Below are positions 13,001-24,281 of a stretch of DNA of 64,000 nt, in pieces. Under the pieces are notes generated by a model. The model was not told the origin of the DNA. It did not search any database and saw only the letters and a list, made by a program, of their open reading frames with translations. A program made the translations under genes and the position numbers. Positions within the stretch are counted from its first letter, which is position 1; each line of letters opens with the position of its first letter. The stretch comes from Bilabrum cf. latius (Eukaryota): assembly GCA_965178125.1 (NCBI GenBank), contig OZ237754.1:372001-436000 (forward strand), in the 5' to 3' direction.

Positions 13001-14310
13001 CGCTTGCGGGTCGCAACACATACTTGCATTGGGGAATGGGGTCTGAGGCTGACGTGGACAGGACGCGAAACTCACTGGAGATAGCTGCAGCTGCGACCGA
13101 AATGGTTGTTGTTCCGGGCCAGATAGTACCTGCAAACCTTCGTCTTGGCACTCCTGCCCACCCTGCTTGCGAACTTGGAGGCGTGGTCATGACCCGTGCT
13201 GTGCGGCTGGAACGTGCCCATCCCGCCGAAGCCCGCGCCGGCCATTGGCACCCCCATCGGCTGTGCCGGCCCTTGCACGTACTACGGCACCTGCATGGCA
13301 TGCTCTGGCGCAACTGGCACCGCCATCGAGTGTTGCTGCTGCTGCTGTTGCTGCAGCTGCATGATCGGAGCACCCGGGACCCCCGTGTGTGCCATCACGT
13401 AGGCCTGCTGGTACTAGGGGCCGCCGTGGGCCCCTCCCCCCACAGAGGCAGAGGTTCCCGCGGGGGGGTGACTTCCTTGGGCTGCAGGCAGCAGGATGAC
13501 AGTGCCCGGCGGAAGTTGCCCCTGCATGACCGTCACAGGGTGGGTGTGGGAGTGGGCTACCCCCTGCTGCTACCCCCGTTGCTGCCCCTGCTGCTGCCCC
13601 TGCTGCTGCAGCTGGCCGTACTCAGCACGGTCAGCAGACGAGGCAGCAGCAGAGACAGCGACTGGGTCAGAGGCATGTCCCGGCAATCCAACGATCGCAT
13701 GACCAGTATAATCGAGCGAAGTTTGGCCTGATGACGAAGTTGGCACGCGGGCTGCAGAAGCTAGCTGCTGAACGTGGGCGCTAGGACCCGACTAGTCCCA
13801 TGTCTGCGAGGTCTGCGGATCGATCGAGTCGCCACGTCCCCGCTTCAAGCTGCTGGCATCGCTACAGCTGCTGGTGGTGCCAGATGCGCTTCTTTTCTTC
13901 TTGCCGCGCCGTCCTCGTCGTTTTTTCTTCTTCTTTTGTTGCTTAGAATCGCTGTGGGCATCAAGGCTACCGGCCGACGTGGAACCCGTCGCGACACTGG
14001 AAGGGCTCATTGGTCCCGAAAATCCGTCAACTACATGCAAACCATGAACAGCAATTGGGGCGGAGGACCCAATAAACCGAGAACTTGCAGTACCAAACGG
14101 TTGGCCAGGGTTGTCAGTACCGTCACCCGCTCGGCAGCTGGCTTGCTGCTAAACGTGCGACGCCAGCGGCATCCCGTGAGCATCCACCGGATTGTAGTAG
14201 CCACTGCCGTCAGTGGATGCAGTACCCATGTATCCCTATGCACCCATAATTTGACCCTTCTCGGCCGCATTCGTAGCGAAAGGCATTCCGGCACTGGACA
14301 GGTCCACCAT
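10098..14310 (-). CDS. CCCH zinc-finger protein with Gln/Gly/His-rich low-complexity regions (likely RNA-binding)
   Basis: Fingers CRNMIISGTCKHGAKCTDDH, CRDQLWTGHC...CVHYH and CPFWFVESGTGCRAGPECPFEH, plus a degenerate CRYYL...CSYLH spanning intron 12964-13075. Many in-frame TAGs (e.g. 13792, 13570, 13414, 12687, 12579, 11190, 10881). TGA at 10098. The start is the first ATG after an in-frame TGA at 14344. Confidence 0.8.
12406..12444. repeat. (CCAGAT)n hexamer microsatellite encoding (GS)n in the CCCH gene
   Basis: About 6 tandem CCAGAT units are visible. Confidence 0.85.
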
Positions 14311-14876
14311 CGAGACACTCGGCGGCCACTACGATCGAAATATTCAAGAAGCCCAGCCCCTGGCAGTACTTGCAAGTCACTCCAGATATTCAGCGGCAGG
14401 GCGGATATATGGCGACGCTCCCAATCGATTGTCAAGAGAATGCTCCCAAGCCAAGGGAATTCAGCAAGCCTCAGTGCACAACAGGCCAATTGCAATCATT
14501 CTACGATACGTATCGCAATTTTTTATCAACTACAATAAATCAAAGCCAAAATTGTACTGAAAATTTGCTTGTTCAGTGTCTGTGTCGTAAAATAGTACAC
14601 GCAAGACGCTTCTTGAGAAAGTGTTGCTGCTCCGATCCGATGACGCGCAGCAAACTGCGCGGCATCGTGCACTGCACCTGCAGCAATCACCCAATTTTTT
14701 AACGATTATCATTATTGCAGCCGCATAGTTTATAGGGCACGATCTATATAATGAAAATATGCAACAAACCAAATTTTTTAACATTAGGAATAGACAGAAT
14801 CGTGAAATTCTCGTTATAAAGGCAGTATCGGTGAAGGTCCAATGAAAGAATCGCATAACTCATCGATAATTCAGTA

Positions 14877-17800
14877 TCAATCAAGCAGGGAGGCCGTGCC
14901 CAGCGTCCACTTTTGCTTCAATACTTCATCGTCCGAATCATCCGGATTGGGCCCATTCGGTGCGCCACGGATTCCAACAACTGCAGAACTCGAGGAGGAA
15001 CCGCTCGATCTTGTTGAATCAGCCCCTTCAGAATCACTTAGGATGCTGGAGTTACTGGATAAGACCTCGCGATCGGTGCGCCCAGGAATCTGAGACGTAG
15101 TGCCCCGGTTGCGACCGTGGTCGGCCCCTTGGCTACCTCTGCGTCCGCTCCCACGACCACGCCCACGCCCACGCCCACGCCCACGCCCACGCCCACGCCC
15201 ACGCCCACGACCACGACCACGACCGCGCCCTCTGCCCCACCCAGCAGAGTCATCTGTTGTCGTCTGGAAGCGAGAGCCAAGCTGTGTTTCAACGGCCAGC
15301 GAATCGCTTTCTGAGCCACCACCCGAGTACTCACCGTCTGAAGAGTCCTCAGACTCCGAACTAGAAGTGCTGACCTGGTTGATGAGGGCAAGTGCTGCGC
15401 GCGCCCCATCCCGTTCTTTGGTGGAACTTGAAGGTTGTCGGATATTATTGTGGGCTCGCCCAGGTGGTAGCTTGGACGCACCAAGGCCTGCACGGGGCAC
15501 ACCCACGTTCTCATCGTCAGAACTGCTCGATGACAGGTTACTACCTGCTGCTGCCCATGCATGTTTCCTTCCAAGCCTACCTTTCGAACTAGCTGCCGGA
15601 ACGAGACCATTTTCGCTTCCCGAATTGCGCTCGAACAGCGAGCCAATGCCCAGTTGCTTTGCGCGCTTGGACAGAGTCAGCCGGCCCAGCGTACCAGTCT
15701 CTGAGGCATTAGCGGAGCTTTGAGCACCCAATCCTGCGCTTTGTGGTTCATCCCGTCTGTCCAGATTAGCCTCTGGTCCAACATCGCGTGCCTGTCCCAG
15801 CGGGTCGACTGAAGCAGAATCATCAGAGTCGTCCAACTGCAACGAGTCCAATGGGCTTAGTGCATGCTGAATGGCATGCTGAGACGAGCCGCTGGCGTAC
15901 AAGTCATTGCTATCGTCCGATGAGTCTGACACATGAAAGACTTGACCTTGGACTGCTTGCCTAGCTTTGATCACGCCAGTTCCACTACCAAGTGGGTGGC
16001 CCCTCCGGCGGCCTCGGCTAGTGCCTGTGCCACGACCCAAGCTGCTCCCCCGGCCGGTTCCTCTTGGCCTGCCACGCTTCCTGCCACGGCCTCGTCCACG
16101 CCCACGCCCACGCCCCTACCCACGACCATCATCCGGGCTGGGTCGAGTTGCCGATATCACAGCATTTCGACGTCTCATGCGCTGCTCACGCAGCATCTGT
16201 TGCTCCCTTGCCTGAGCTTCAGCAGCACCAGACAATGCGCTGGAACTTAATCTATGTGAGGGCCCCTCTGACATCTCGTCGACAACGTCACTGTCAATGA
16301 TGACATCGTTCATCATGCCAACGTGGTTCTTGGTTGCCAAGGTCTGGCCTTTAGACACAGATATTGCTGCCAAATAGGCCCGAACCCGTCCTGGGAAGTT
16401 GAGTCCTCGACTGCACCCGCGAAACACGCCGTGACTTCTAATGGTTTCTACATCGGCAGCTGCTGCAGCCTCCGAGGCAGTTGCACACGGTGAAAGTGCA
16501 AACACATGGGATCCCAGCACAACCGTAGGCACCCAAGCCCCAGCCACAAATCGCACATTCTTCAAGACGGCCCATATGGCTGCACGAGGACGCAAAGTGC
16601 AAGCGATCAAATCGGACAGAAGGTCCGCAGGCCTCTGCAACCCAACAGCTGCCGCAGTATGCTCTCCGGCAACTGTACAGAATGGCGAATCCCCAGCTAT
16701 GCCGTCGCCATGGGCCGCCTCTGTAGCGCCCACGAGTATGTTGAGACTACTGACAGCTGCTGAGCCCTCAAGCGACCCGTCACTATCATCCATGTCGTCG
16801 TCGGGTGATGTTGGTAGCGAAGCAGATCGCCTCTAGGGCGTCGCTGCAAGCCGAGGACTCAACATGCTAGTACTGCCTCCAGCAACGAGTCCCCGAGCTG
16901 TAGCAGAAACGGACTGCTTGCGCCTGGGAGAACTTGCGTAAGTCTTCACGCTGCTACTACGCTGAATGGCCGCCTCGGCGAACGATGGGGTTGCTGTAGA
17001 CGCAGCTGTTGCTTGAGCCTCGGGAGCATCGCTCGGCCCATGAACCATTGCGACTACATCAAAGGGGTCTCGTGGATCCATCTATCTGCTATCCATAAGC
17101 TTCCAAGAAGGCTCTCCAACCACAATACCGTTGACTCGCACTGGTTCTCTGCTGTAGGTCTCTGAAGTTAGCGCGCTGAGAGTCTCGTCCCCCGCATGAG
17201 ACAGGCCACCGCCATCAAGGTGCACCTTGTTAACGTGATACGTGCGAGTCGCAACCTTTCGGGGGTGCTTTGGTGGTCGACCGATGCGTTTCTTGGGTGC
17301 TTTCCACTCTGAAAACACGGCGTCTTGACGAAGCGGCTCGTGGAGGCCCCACATAGCTCGGGAACTCCACGGATCCACAAATGCACTAGCGGATTCACGC
17401 AGTGCCCCATTATCTTTGCTTCGAAGAATCATCGCCTGGAGCTGAGCACCCAGTTGCATAACGCTAGCTTGACGCGGGCCTGCACTATACCCACCCGGAG
17501 GGAGCTGCAGTGGAAGCGTGGACGTCCTGGCGGTAGCAGAAGCAGACTAGTGTGCTGGTAGATGACTATGATCCCCAACAACACTGCCCCCCTTGCTCGT
17601 ATCTGGCTGCTGCAGACTTGCTTGCATGACAGCCTGCAGCTCAGCCTCAGACGAGGCGTACATCGAGCTAGCCAGCACCGCCTCAGCCACTCCTCTGCGG
17701 CGCTTATGTCTACGAAGACTTGGTCGTCCTTGGCGAGATTGCTCCTCAGAAGTATGTACACGTTGAGACAGACGTCTTGGAACGCCCTCTGAGTCTGAGT

Positions 17801-18728
17801 CGTGAACAGACCAAATTCCAAGTGACCCTGTTGAGCTCGAGTCGCTGTCGTGCAGTTCAAGTACGGCATCGTCCGCTACCGACATGGGCTCCTGCTCACG
17901 TCCAAAATTTGGCAGGGCTGTACTTTTGCGCAAAGAATCGTCAGACTTCTCGATGAATTTAGCGGAATCTCGAAGTTGAGCGGACGAGAACGAAGCCGCA
18001 CCGCGGATCGCAGCTGCGTCGTCAGAATGCAGCAAACCTAGCCGTAGACCACGCGACTAGACCTCCACAGCGCCCTAATGCGAATTTTGGGCGCTACTCA
18101 CACCACTGGCTGCTACAGCAAGTGGAATTGGGAAACCCTAGTTAGACCTGGCAGCCCAGTACTGCTCACTCGCCCCAGTTCCGTACAAAATTGGCTGCTC
18201 AAGGCTGAAGGCACCACCAGGGAACTCAGCTGGAGCCGAAAGTTTCTCATGAGGTACAAGTTGAGGCCGAAACCTTGCCTGCGAATCGAATGCTTTGTTG
18301 AAGCTCGAACTCGAGCCTGCGGTCCTATTTGTAATGTCGATTCGAGACAAAGCCCAGCTATTACTGCCTTTCGGAGACGTATCGCCGTGCTAAACACCTC
18401 CAACTCTACCATCGAAATGTCTTGTTTTAGCTGAACAAGGTTGAAACACGCCAACAGCGCTTAAACCAGACTGGGCACGATCCCCGACGTCAATTCGAAT
18501 ATCTGCTCCACAGCCATCTGCCTGCAAACCGAGTGATACTAGGCTACCTGCCGCCTAAGACGCCTTGTTAATGCACTGTGAACAGCTTTCCGACTGAATC
18601 GGTGTCAAGTCACCCTCAGAGGCGACGTGAAAGTGGGCTTCCCCTGTACGAGGATTGTACGCATCAATAATCACCCTCCCAACGACGTTCCCAATCGAAT
18701 CTTTTAGAAAAAGTCTCATGTTGAGCAT
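14877..18728 (-). CDS. Large low-complexity, probably nuclear protein with a degenerate AP2-like domain, AT-hook-like motif, UIM-like motif and poly-(Gly-Arg) tracts
   Basis: ORF pieces 18555-18794, 18138-18350, 17547-18035, 17082-17459, 16833-17081, 16116-16793 and 14877-16040 share one frame, broken only by TAG; TGA at 14877. Motifs: ...W...CATASEAAAAAD...G...LNFP, KKRIGRPPK and EAELQAVMQASL. The start is ATG 18728 or 18719. Confidence 0.7.
15150..15230. repeat. (CCACGC/CCACGA)n hexamer repeat encoding a poly-GR dipeptide on the minus strand
   Basis: About 13 tandem hexamers; a shorter copy lies at ~16080-16125. Confidence 0.85.
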
Positions 18729-19593
18729 ATCATTAATAGTTATAGTAAAGTCTGGGAATTTACGTTTATTGGAGGCCCATTCGGGGCGGCACAATGATGT
18801 GTACGCTTTTTACGGCTCAAATAATTGAAACAGGTTTTTCAGTGATAAATTAATCAAAACTATATTTCAATTGTCGAATCGTGGTTACAACCAGCTTGCG
18901 AACAGGGAGCGTGCTCAACCGCCGGCGAGCCATTCGCTCCGGGCTCACAAGCCAAGCAGCCGTCAACGAAAGCTGTTTGCTGTCCGTTCAAATACCCTGA
19001 GACTAGTGTAGCCAACTGTGTGGGGGGAAATAAAAGCGGTCAAAGCACACACAAAAGGCAACCTCTAGTATCTTCGCTTTCAATCGCAGTACTTGCGTGT
19101 CTGTGCGGAGGGTTATGGGCCACTAAATTATGGCTCGGATCAAGCTCTAGTCAAAGCCTCCTCCTACACATTACGTGGAACGCGACATTTCTCGAAAAAT
19201 TTCAAACAATATAAACTCAACAACTCACCAAAAGTGCACATTACTAAATAACTGGTTCGGAACCAGTGGTTCCTACTGCGTTTCCGGATTGCCCTGCTTC
19301 CACGGACCCTTACCGTTCGTGAGATAGTTGCGAGGTAGCTACTTTTTTTTTGTGGCAGGCACACGCGGTGGCAGGTCCCACACAGGCTGCATGCAAGCGC
19401 GCTGGAATGCAATGACTTTTTATCTTTTTGTACGCGAGATCTTGTACTTGTCTTGACCGCCAAATATCTACACTTTTTAATTTTAAGGTTGATTTGTAAT
19501 TTTTAAAACGATCAAAAAGAGCAGCGATGACAAAATAAAAAGCAGATTTTACCAAAGCAAGTCTTGAAATAACTTATCAATGTCGTCGCCAAG

Positions 19594-21826
19594 CAGGCCT
19601 GTACACTTTATAAAGTAGGATATAAATGGCTCTGAAAACAGCGTATAAGTTGCATTTAGAAACTTATTCTCCAGGCTAGCCTGGAGGTTTTGTGAGTAAA
19701 TAATAGCAGATATATAATAATTGTTTATATTTGAAATTGAATGTCGCGGTGTCTGTCCCGCAATATGGCGTGGGAGTCTCGAGAGTGGCCTCGACGTAGG
19801 TATCTACAGCTCAAGTGGAAGAGACGGTTTCACGGAATGGGAACGCCCATCGTGATGAAAGAAGCAATACATCATTACAGACACTACATATGAGTGCGTG
19901 CTGAAGGCCAATGAGCAGCTGCAGCTTGCAATTCTCACCGTAGCCTACTATGGTGAGAGCTCCACCCAGGCGAAGGCTGCCTTCAAGGCCATGTACAGCA
20001 GCATGATGAAGGCCACAGTTACACACTCAGGCAGTGATGGTGAGAATGGGTGCAAGGGGGCTGCTGAGGGCAGCGACTCCGGCGGTCGCCAGTCATGAAG
20101 CATGTCCCTCGAGTCGGGCCTCGACACGCTGTCCACCATGACTGGATCTGCTCCTCAAGGTAACCCGGTACGAGCCTTAGAAAGTGGCAGTGTGCCTCTA
20201 GGCAGTGCTTGCCACTTTCAAGCTTGGGAGCAAGCGGGCCGGCCGAAAACCTACACATGTTTCGACCTCGGACTTGCTGATTGGCAGCTGTCTACAGATT
20301 CCGGAGACGATGACGAAGACGCCGCAGCGGGGTTCAAGAAGAGCAGCGATGGCGATGAGGATGCCGACCCGGGCAAGGGTAGGGCCGAACCACCACCAGA
20401 AGATGACAGCCTGAGTGGGGAGCGACTGGTTGACGGAGGCATTCCGAAGGCGTGATGCAGAGGTGGTTTATCTCGCGCCAGAGCTGGTTGAGGTGCGTCT
20501 ACAGGATGGAACGATGGTGATGCCAACAAGTCGCGCTTAGTTCCTTGAGCTCCACGCCCGGAATGGGACGTGGGAAGACACGATCCACATCGTTGCGCTC
20601 GCCGCGGTAAAGGAGTACAAGAAGGTTCAATTGTTCAGAGACGTATAGACTCTATGCTGGCTTTAAGGTGGTCGGCGTCGAGTACAATGGAGGCACTGCA
20701 CGTTTCTTGGGCGCACTTACAGAGTATGTGCAATGGCACGTCCCATGCGAGATTAACCGGAACTAAGGGTTGACGGTGATCATCAGGGTGTGTCCACCAA
20801 CCTACCCCACCCCACTTTTACCCCTCAAAGCTTCCAGTCAAGGCGATACTCGTCACACAAAACCCTTTCAGTCTAGCTACGGAACCGCTTGACTGGAAGG
20901 GTGGCGCCGCGAAAATCGATGTAGGTCCATGCCAGTCTAGCTCCAACGGTCAGCAAGCACCCCGGCGCAGAGCTCGTGATTTCAGGCACATAACATTCAT
21001 ACATTAAGAATCAGTTCCCACAATTATATTAAATATACAATTAAGTGTGATATATGGAAGTGGTCGACTGCAACCTCATTCGCATAGGTTGCGCACTCCC
21101 ATCCTCTGGGAGCACCTCGCCGAGGTCAGGTGGGCGGGGGTGATTCGCCGCTCAGCTCTAGTGGAAGCACACACCAGGCAGGCTGATGTGCTCAGACGCA
21201 ATATTATACAATAATACATAAATTCTGCCTTTTATTGTAGAATTTCAATGATGCTATCGGCTAGAATTTTGGAACATTGGCCGACACGGCAAGGCTCAAT
21301 CACTTGCGCCAGCGACCCTCACCGTCGCCTGTGCGCAGGTAATTCGCTTTGATTTGATAAAGTGCCTCTTTTCTTCGGGCAAATCGATGAAAATCCACAC
21401 TATTTGCCGCGTACGACCACATCTGCCTAGACTGGAAGGCTTGAGGAAATCTTGATTAGTCTACCGACTAACCTACTCCAGTTGCGTGCACTACGCCGTA
21501 GACTGGTTGGTTTGAAGATTATAGGGGGGGTAGGTTGGTGGACACTCCCTGAGGTCAAGGTTGCGTGCTATAGGACTTTTGCCAGGCGCCACTAGGTCGG
21601 CCGCCTCAGCGGCCAAAGTGCAAATATTTTTGCGATTGAGAGCTGGAATACAGGTGGACAAATACTTTGGTGTACATAGAACAATGTTTTAGTCACTGTA
21701 GAGCTAGGGAACACTGTCCAAAGATATAAGTGTCCGCAGAGGACAAAAACAGCACATAGGATGCCTTTATAAGTTTCTGCTTAAATGGTCAAGCTCGATT
21801 TTGACCACATAAGGTGTACAGGCCTG
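19594..21826. mobile_element. Non-autonomous TIR DNA transposon, hAT-like
   Basis: TIR CAGGCCTGTACAC(T/C)TTAT at 19594-19611 and inverted at 21809-21826 (17/18 match). Flanking 8-mers TCGCCAAG and TCATCAAG (6/8) fit a decayed 8-bp TSD. Subterminal AGAAACTTAT/ATAAGT motifs occur at both ends. No intact transposase. Confidence 0.65.
20783..21552. mobile_element. MITE (PIF/Harbinger Tourist-like) nested in the hAT-like element
   Basis: 26-bp inverted repeat TCAGGG(T/A)GTGTCCACCAACCTACCCC with one mismatch. The interior is non-coding and carries repeated subterminal CCAGTC(T)AG/GACTGGAAG motifs. The terminal trinucleotides TCA and TGA are TNA-like but not an identical TSD. Confidence 0.75.
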
Positions 21827-21966
21827 TCATCAAGACATTGGGATTGAGGTCTGTGAAGTGCTGTCTCGAAACTCCGAATCCGGATTAAATTAATAATTAA
21901 ATTGCACATTTTAATCCAATTTCGTGCTCGGTTCGAATTAAATTTTCTGGGTTAGTTTCAACCAGC

Positions 21967-24035
21967 ATGCCACGAGGCAACAAGGCCCTACTGATAGTGC
22001 TTTTGCTTGCGTTAATTAATTTGAACAATCAACTTTACGTTACCATAGTCGTAGAGTTCGATCGTTAGCGCAAAGAAGCAGATGCCCAAGCAGACATGCG
22101 AGGGAGGTACGAACGGGACCCTGCTAGGGTGTAGCAGCTCAAAGGTACCCGTGAGAATGGCACCATACAGCCTCCTGGTGTTTTTGAAGACATTAGATTC
22201 TTTAACACGACGGGATTTACGCCAGACCAGTTCAAAGCGCTCAAGCTGTGTATCCTGCCGTGGCTCGAGCCAGCCTGGAAGCGGCGGACCGGACGCCCCC
22301 GATTGCTTTCGATCGATCAAACGATAACCCTCTTTCTAGCAACACTTAGAAACAGTAAGATTTACCGGGTTCATCTTGTGCCTTGTTGGCGCCGTGCATA
22401 TGCTGTTCTTCTGCGAGTGCATTGCTCAGCTCCTATGGCGCAGAAGGTGGATACCGAATGGCGGAGACTAGCTGGGGTATTCCGAAACCCTAGATGACCA
22501 ACGCTTTTGTAATGGTCTCTCGAGCAATATTCGGGCTGCTCACCGAGCGACGCATGTCTGTTGATGAGGGAATGGCGATGGAAGGCAAACCAGACAATAG
22601 TCTTGCTTCGCGTTGCGTCGCTTTGCCGCGTGGCAGGGAGCTGCTTCGACTCGGACTTTATACAAGTACATTCGATTCGTGCATTCCAGGGTGCCTCATG
22701 GCCACTGACGGCTGCTTCGTGCCGTGCGGTGCGCCTACTGACGGTGAAAGGCACCTAATGGGACACAAGGGAGTTGGCATGACCATTTCTGCAATAACGG
22801 ACTGTAGGCGGATAGTAAGGGACGCCTGTATCGGATACTCTGCTTCAGTGCACGATTCGACTCTGCTCAAGAAGCATTCATTCCACAAACAGATGGCGAA
22901 GGCGCTAGCGGACAGGTTCGAAACGGTCCGCGTAAATGGCCGCGCTACGATGAAAAACTCCCGAAGTTTCTTGAAATAGCGATTTGAGTCGGGTGAGTAT
23001 CCTTTCCCGGTTCATACTGGCACCCCACTCTGGATTATCGGCGATAGTGCATACAGCAGAAGCGCCTGTCTGCTGAAGCCTGCAGCAGCTCAGGGAAAGA
23101 AGATTTTAGGCTAGAAATCTTCCGTGGCTTGGGCAGCACTCGTTGCCAAAGCAAACGCAGTGCTTAGTGGATTTAGAGTAATTGTGGAGCACGGTTTCGG
23201 AATCCTGAAGAGCCGTTTTGGCAAAATGCGAGACACAACACGTTAGTACGATCAGGCGTACTACCAGTCTTTGATCACGGTTGTACTGAACAATTTCCTA
23301 CGTTTGGTGCCCAAGTATGCCGATATGGATGACCCAATCGACTGGGCACGACCTGCCTGGGTGGTTGCTCTCATGCAGGCTGTGCGAGATGGTGCGACCA
23401 GATTCGATATCACTGCGTCGCACGACGGCAGCTATGCCCCCTTGCCATTCGGTGCTCTCTCTGAGCTGAGGAAAGGGACTGACGGAAAGTACCACTTCCA
23501 GGAACTGTCCAGAGAGGCAATAATTCGAAGCTTCGAGGGGACATCTTTCTTGAGTACCGAGATGAGGCTGCACGCTGAAACTCTACGTGCTGCGACAGGA
23601 GAGCTGCGCTCGTTGACTGCCAGGTAGGTGCGATCGGTTGAGGTTCCAAGGAATACCAAGGGGTTTCCTACTGAAATGGAAGCCCTAAATGAAGCTCGCT
23701 GGAAGGTGGACGAAGCCACACATGAAATTGTTCTGCAGGAACCGGATAACTCATCAAGGCATTGTCCGTAGAGCCCAACGTCAACTGATGCGTCCTACGT
23801 TAGGTAGATACCAGAAGACCAGTTTGCTGAGTATACAGACCAGAATATGCAGGACCAGTTTGAAGATGGGCGCGGATTAGGTCGATATGGCTAGGGCTCT
23901 CTTGCGACACGCGGCGAGAAGCTGCAGCGGGCTATCACAAGATACTTGTCCTCGAATTCGCTGCGGAAATGGCCACTCTTTGACATGCATGAGTACGCGT
24001 CGAGCTGGGCTCGCGGCTTCAGCGCAGCCAGTTGA
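21967..24035 (+). CDS. PIF/Harbinger (DDE_Tnp_4-like) transposase; 2 exons
   Basis: Intron 22355-22443 (GTAAG...GCAG). Motifs FFNTTGFTPDQF, GCLMATDGCFVP (D), ASVHDS, IIGDSAY (D) and RVIVEHGFGILKSRF (E). About 10 in-frame TAGs, no frameshift seen, TGA at 24033-24035. Confidence 0.88.
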
Positions 24036-24281
24036 TCGGAAAGTCTACTACTTGATTTGACCTCATGCTGAGAATATCAAGATTCGTTTGTTCGTTCGTT
24101 CGCTGTAGATCTCTAGTGCTTTTAAAGTCACGTTCACTTCTAGACAACATACAAATACAACATAAACAAAACATGGGTACGAAGGCCAGCGGCGGCTTCG
24201 ACTTATCCTTAATTGGGTTCACATTTTTCATGGGCCAAAGTCATCAGCATTGGCCACCTGTGGAAATGCGTCACGCGTGGA

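Noticed and set aside
19250-19352. Possible tRNA or Pol III RNA (hairpin ACTGGTT-CGG-AACCAGT, downstream T-run); I looked for a suppressor tRNA-Gln(CUA)
   Set aside because: No cloverleaf, T-loop/B-box spacing or CUA anticodon arm could be built. tRNAscan-SE or Infernal would be needed to exclude it formally.
19800-20460. hAT transposase inside the hAT-like element
   Set aside because: Only short frame-broken coding-like fragments with no recognisable hAT motifs; at most a decayed remnant or captured sequence.
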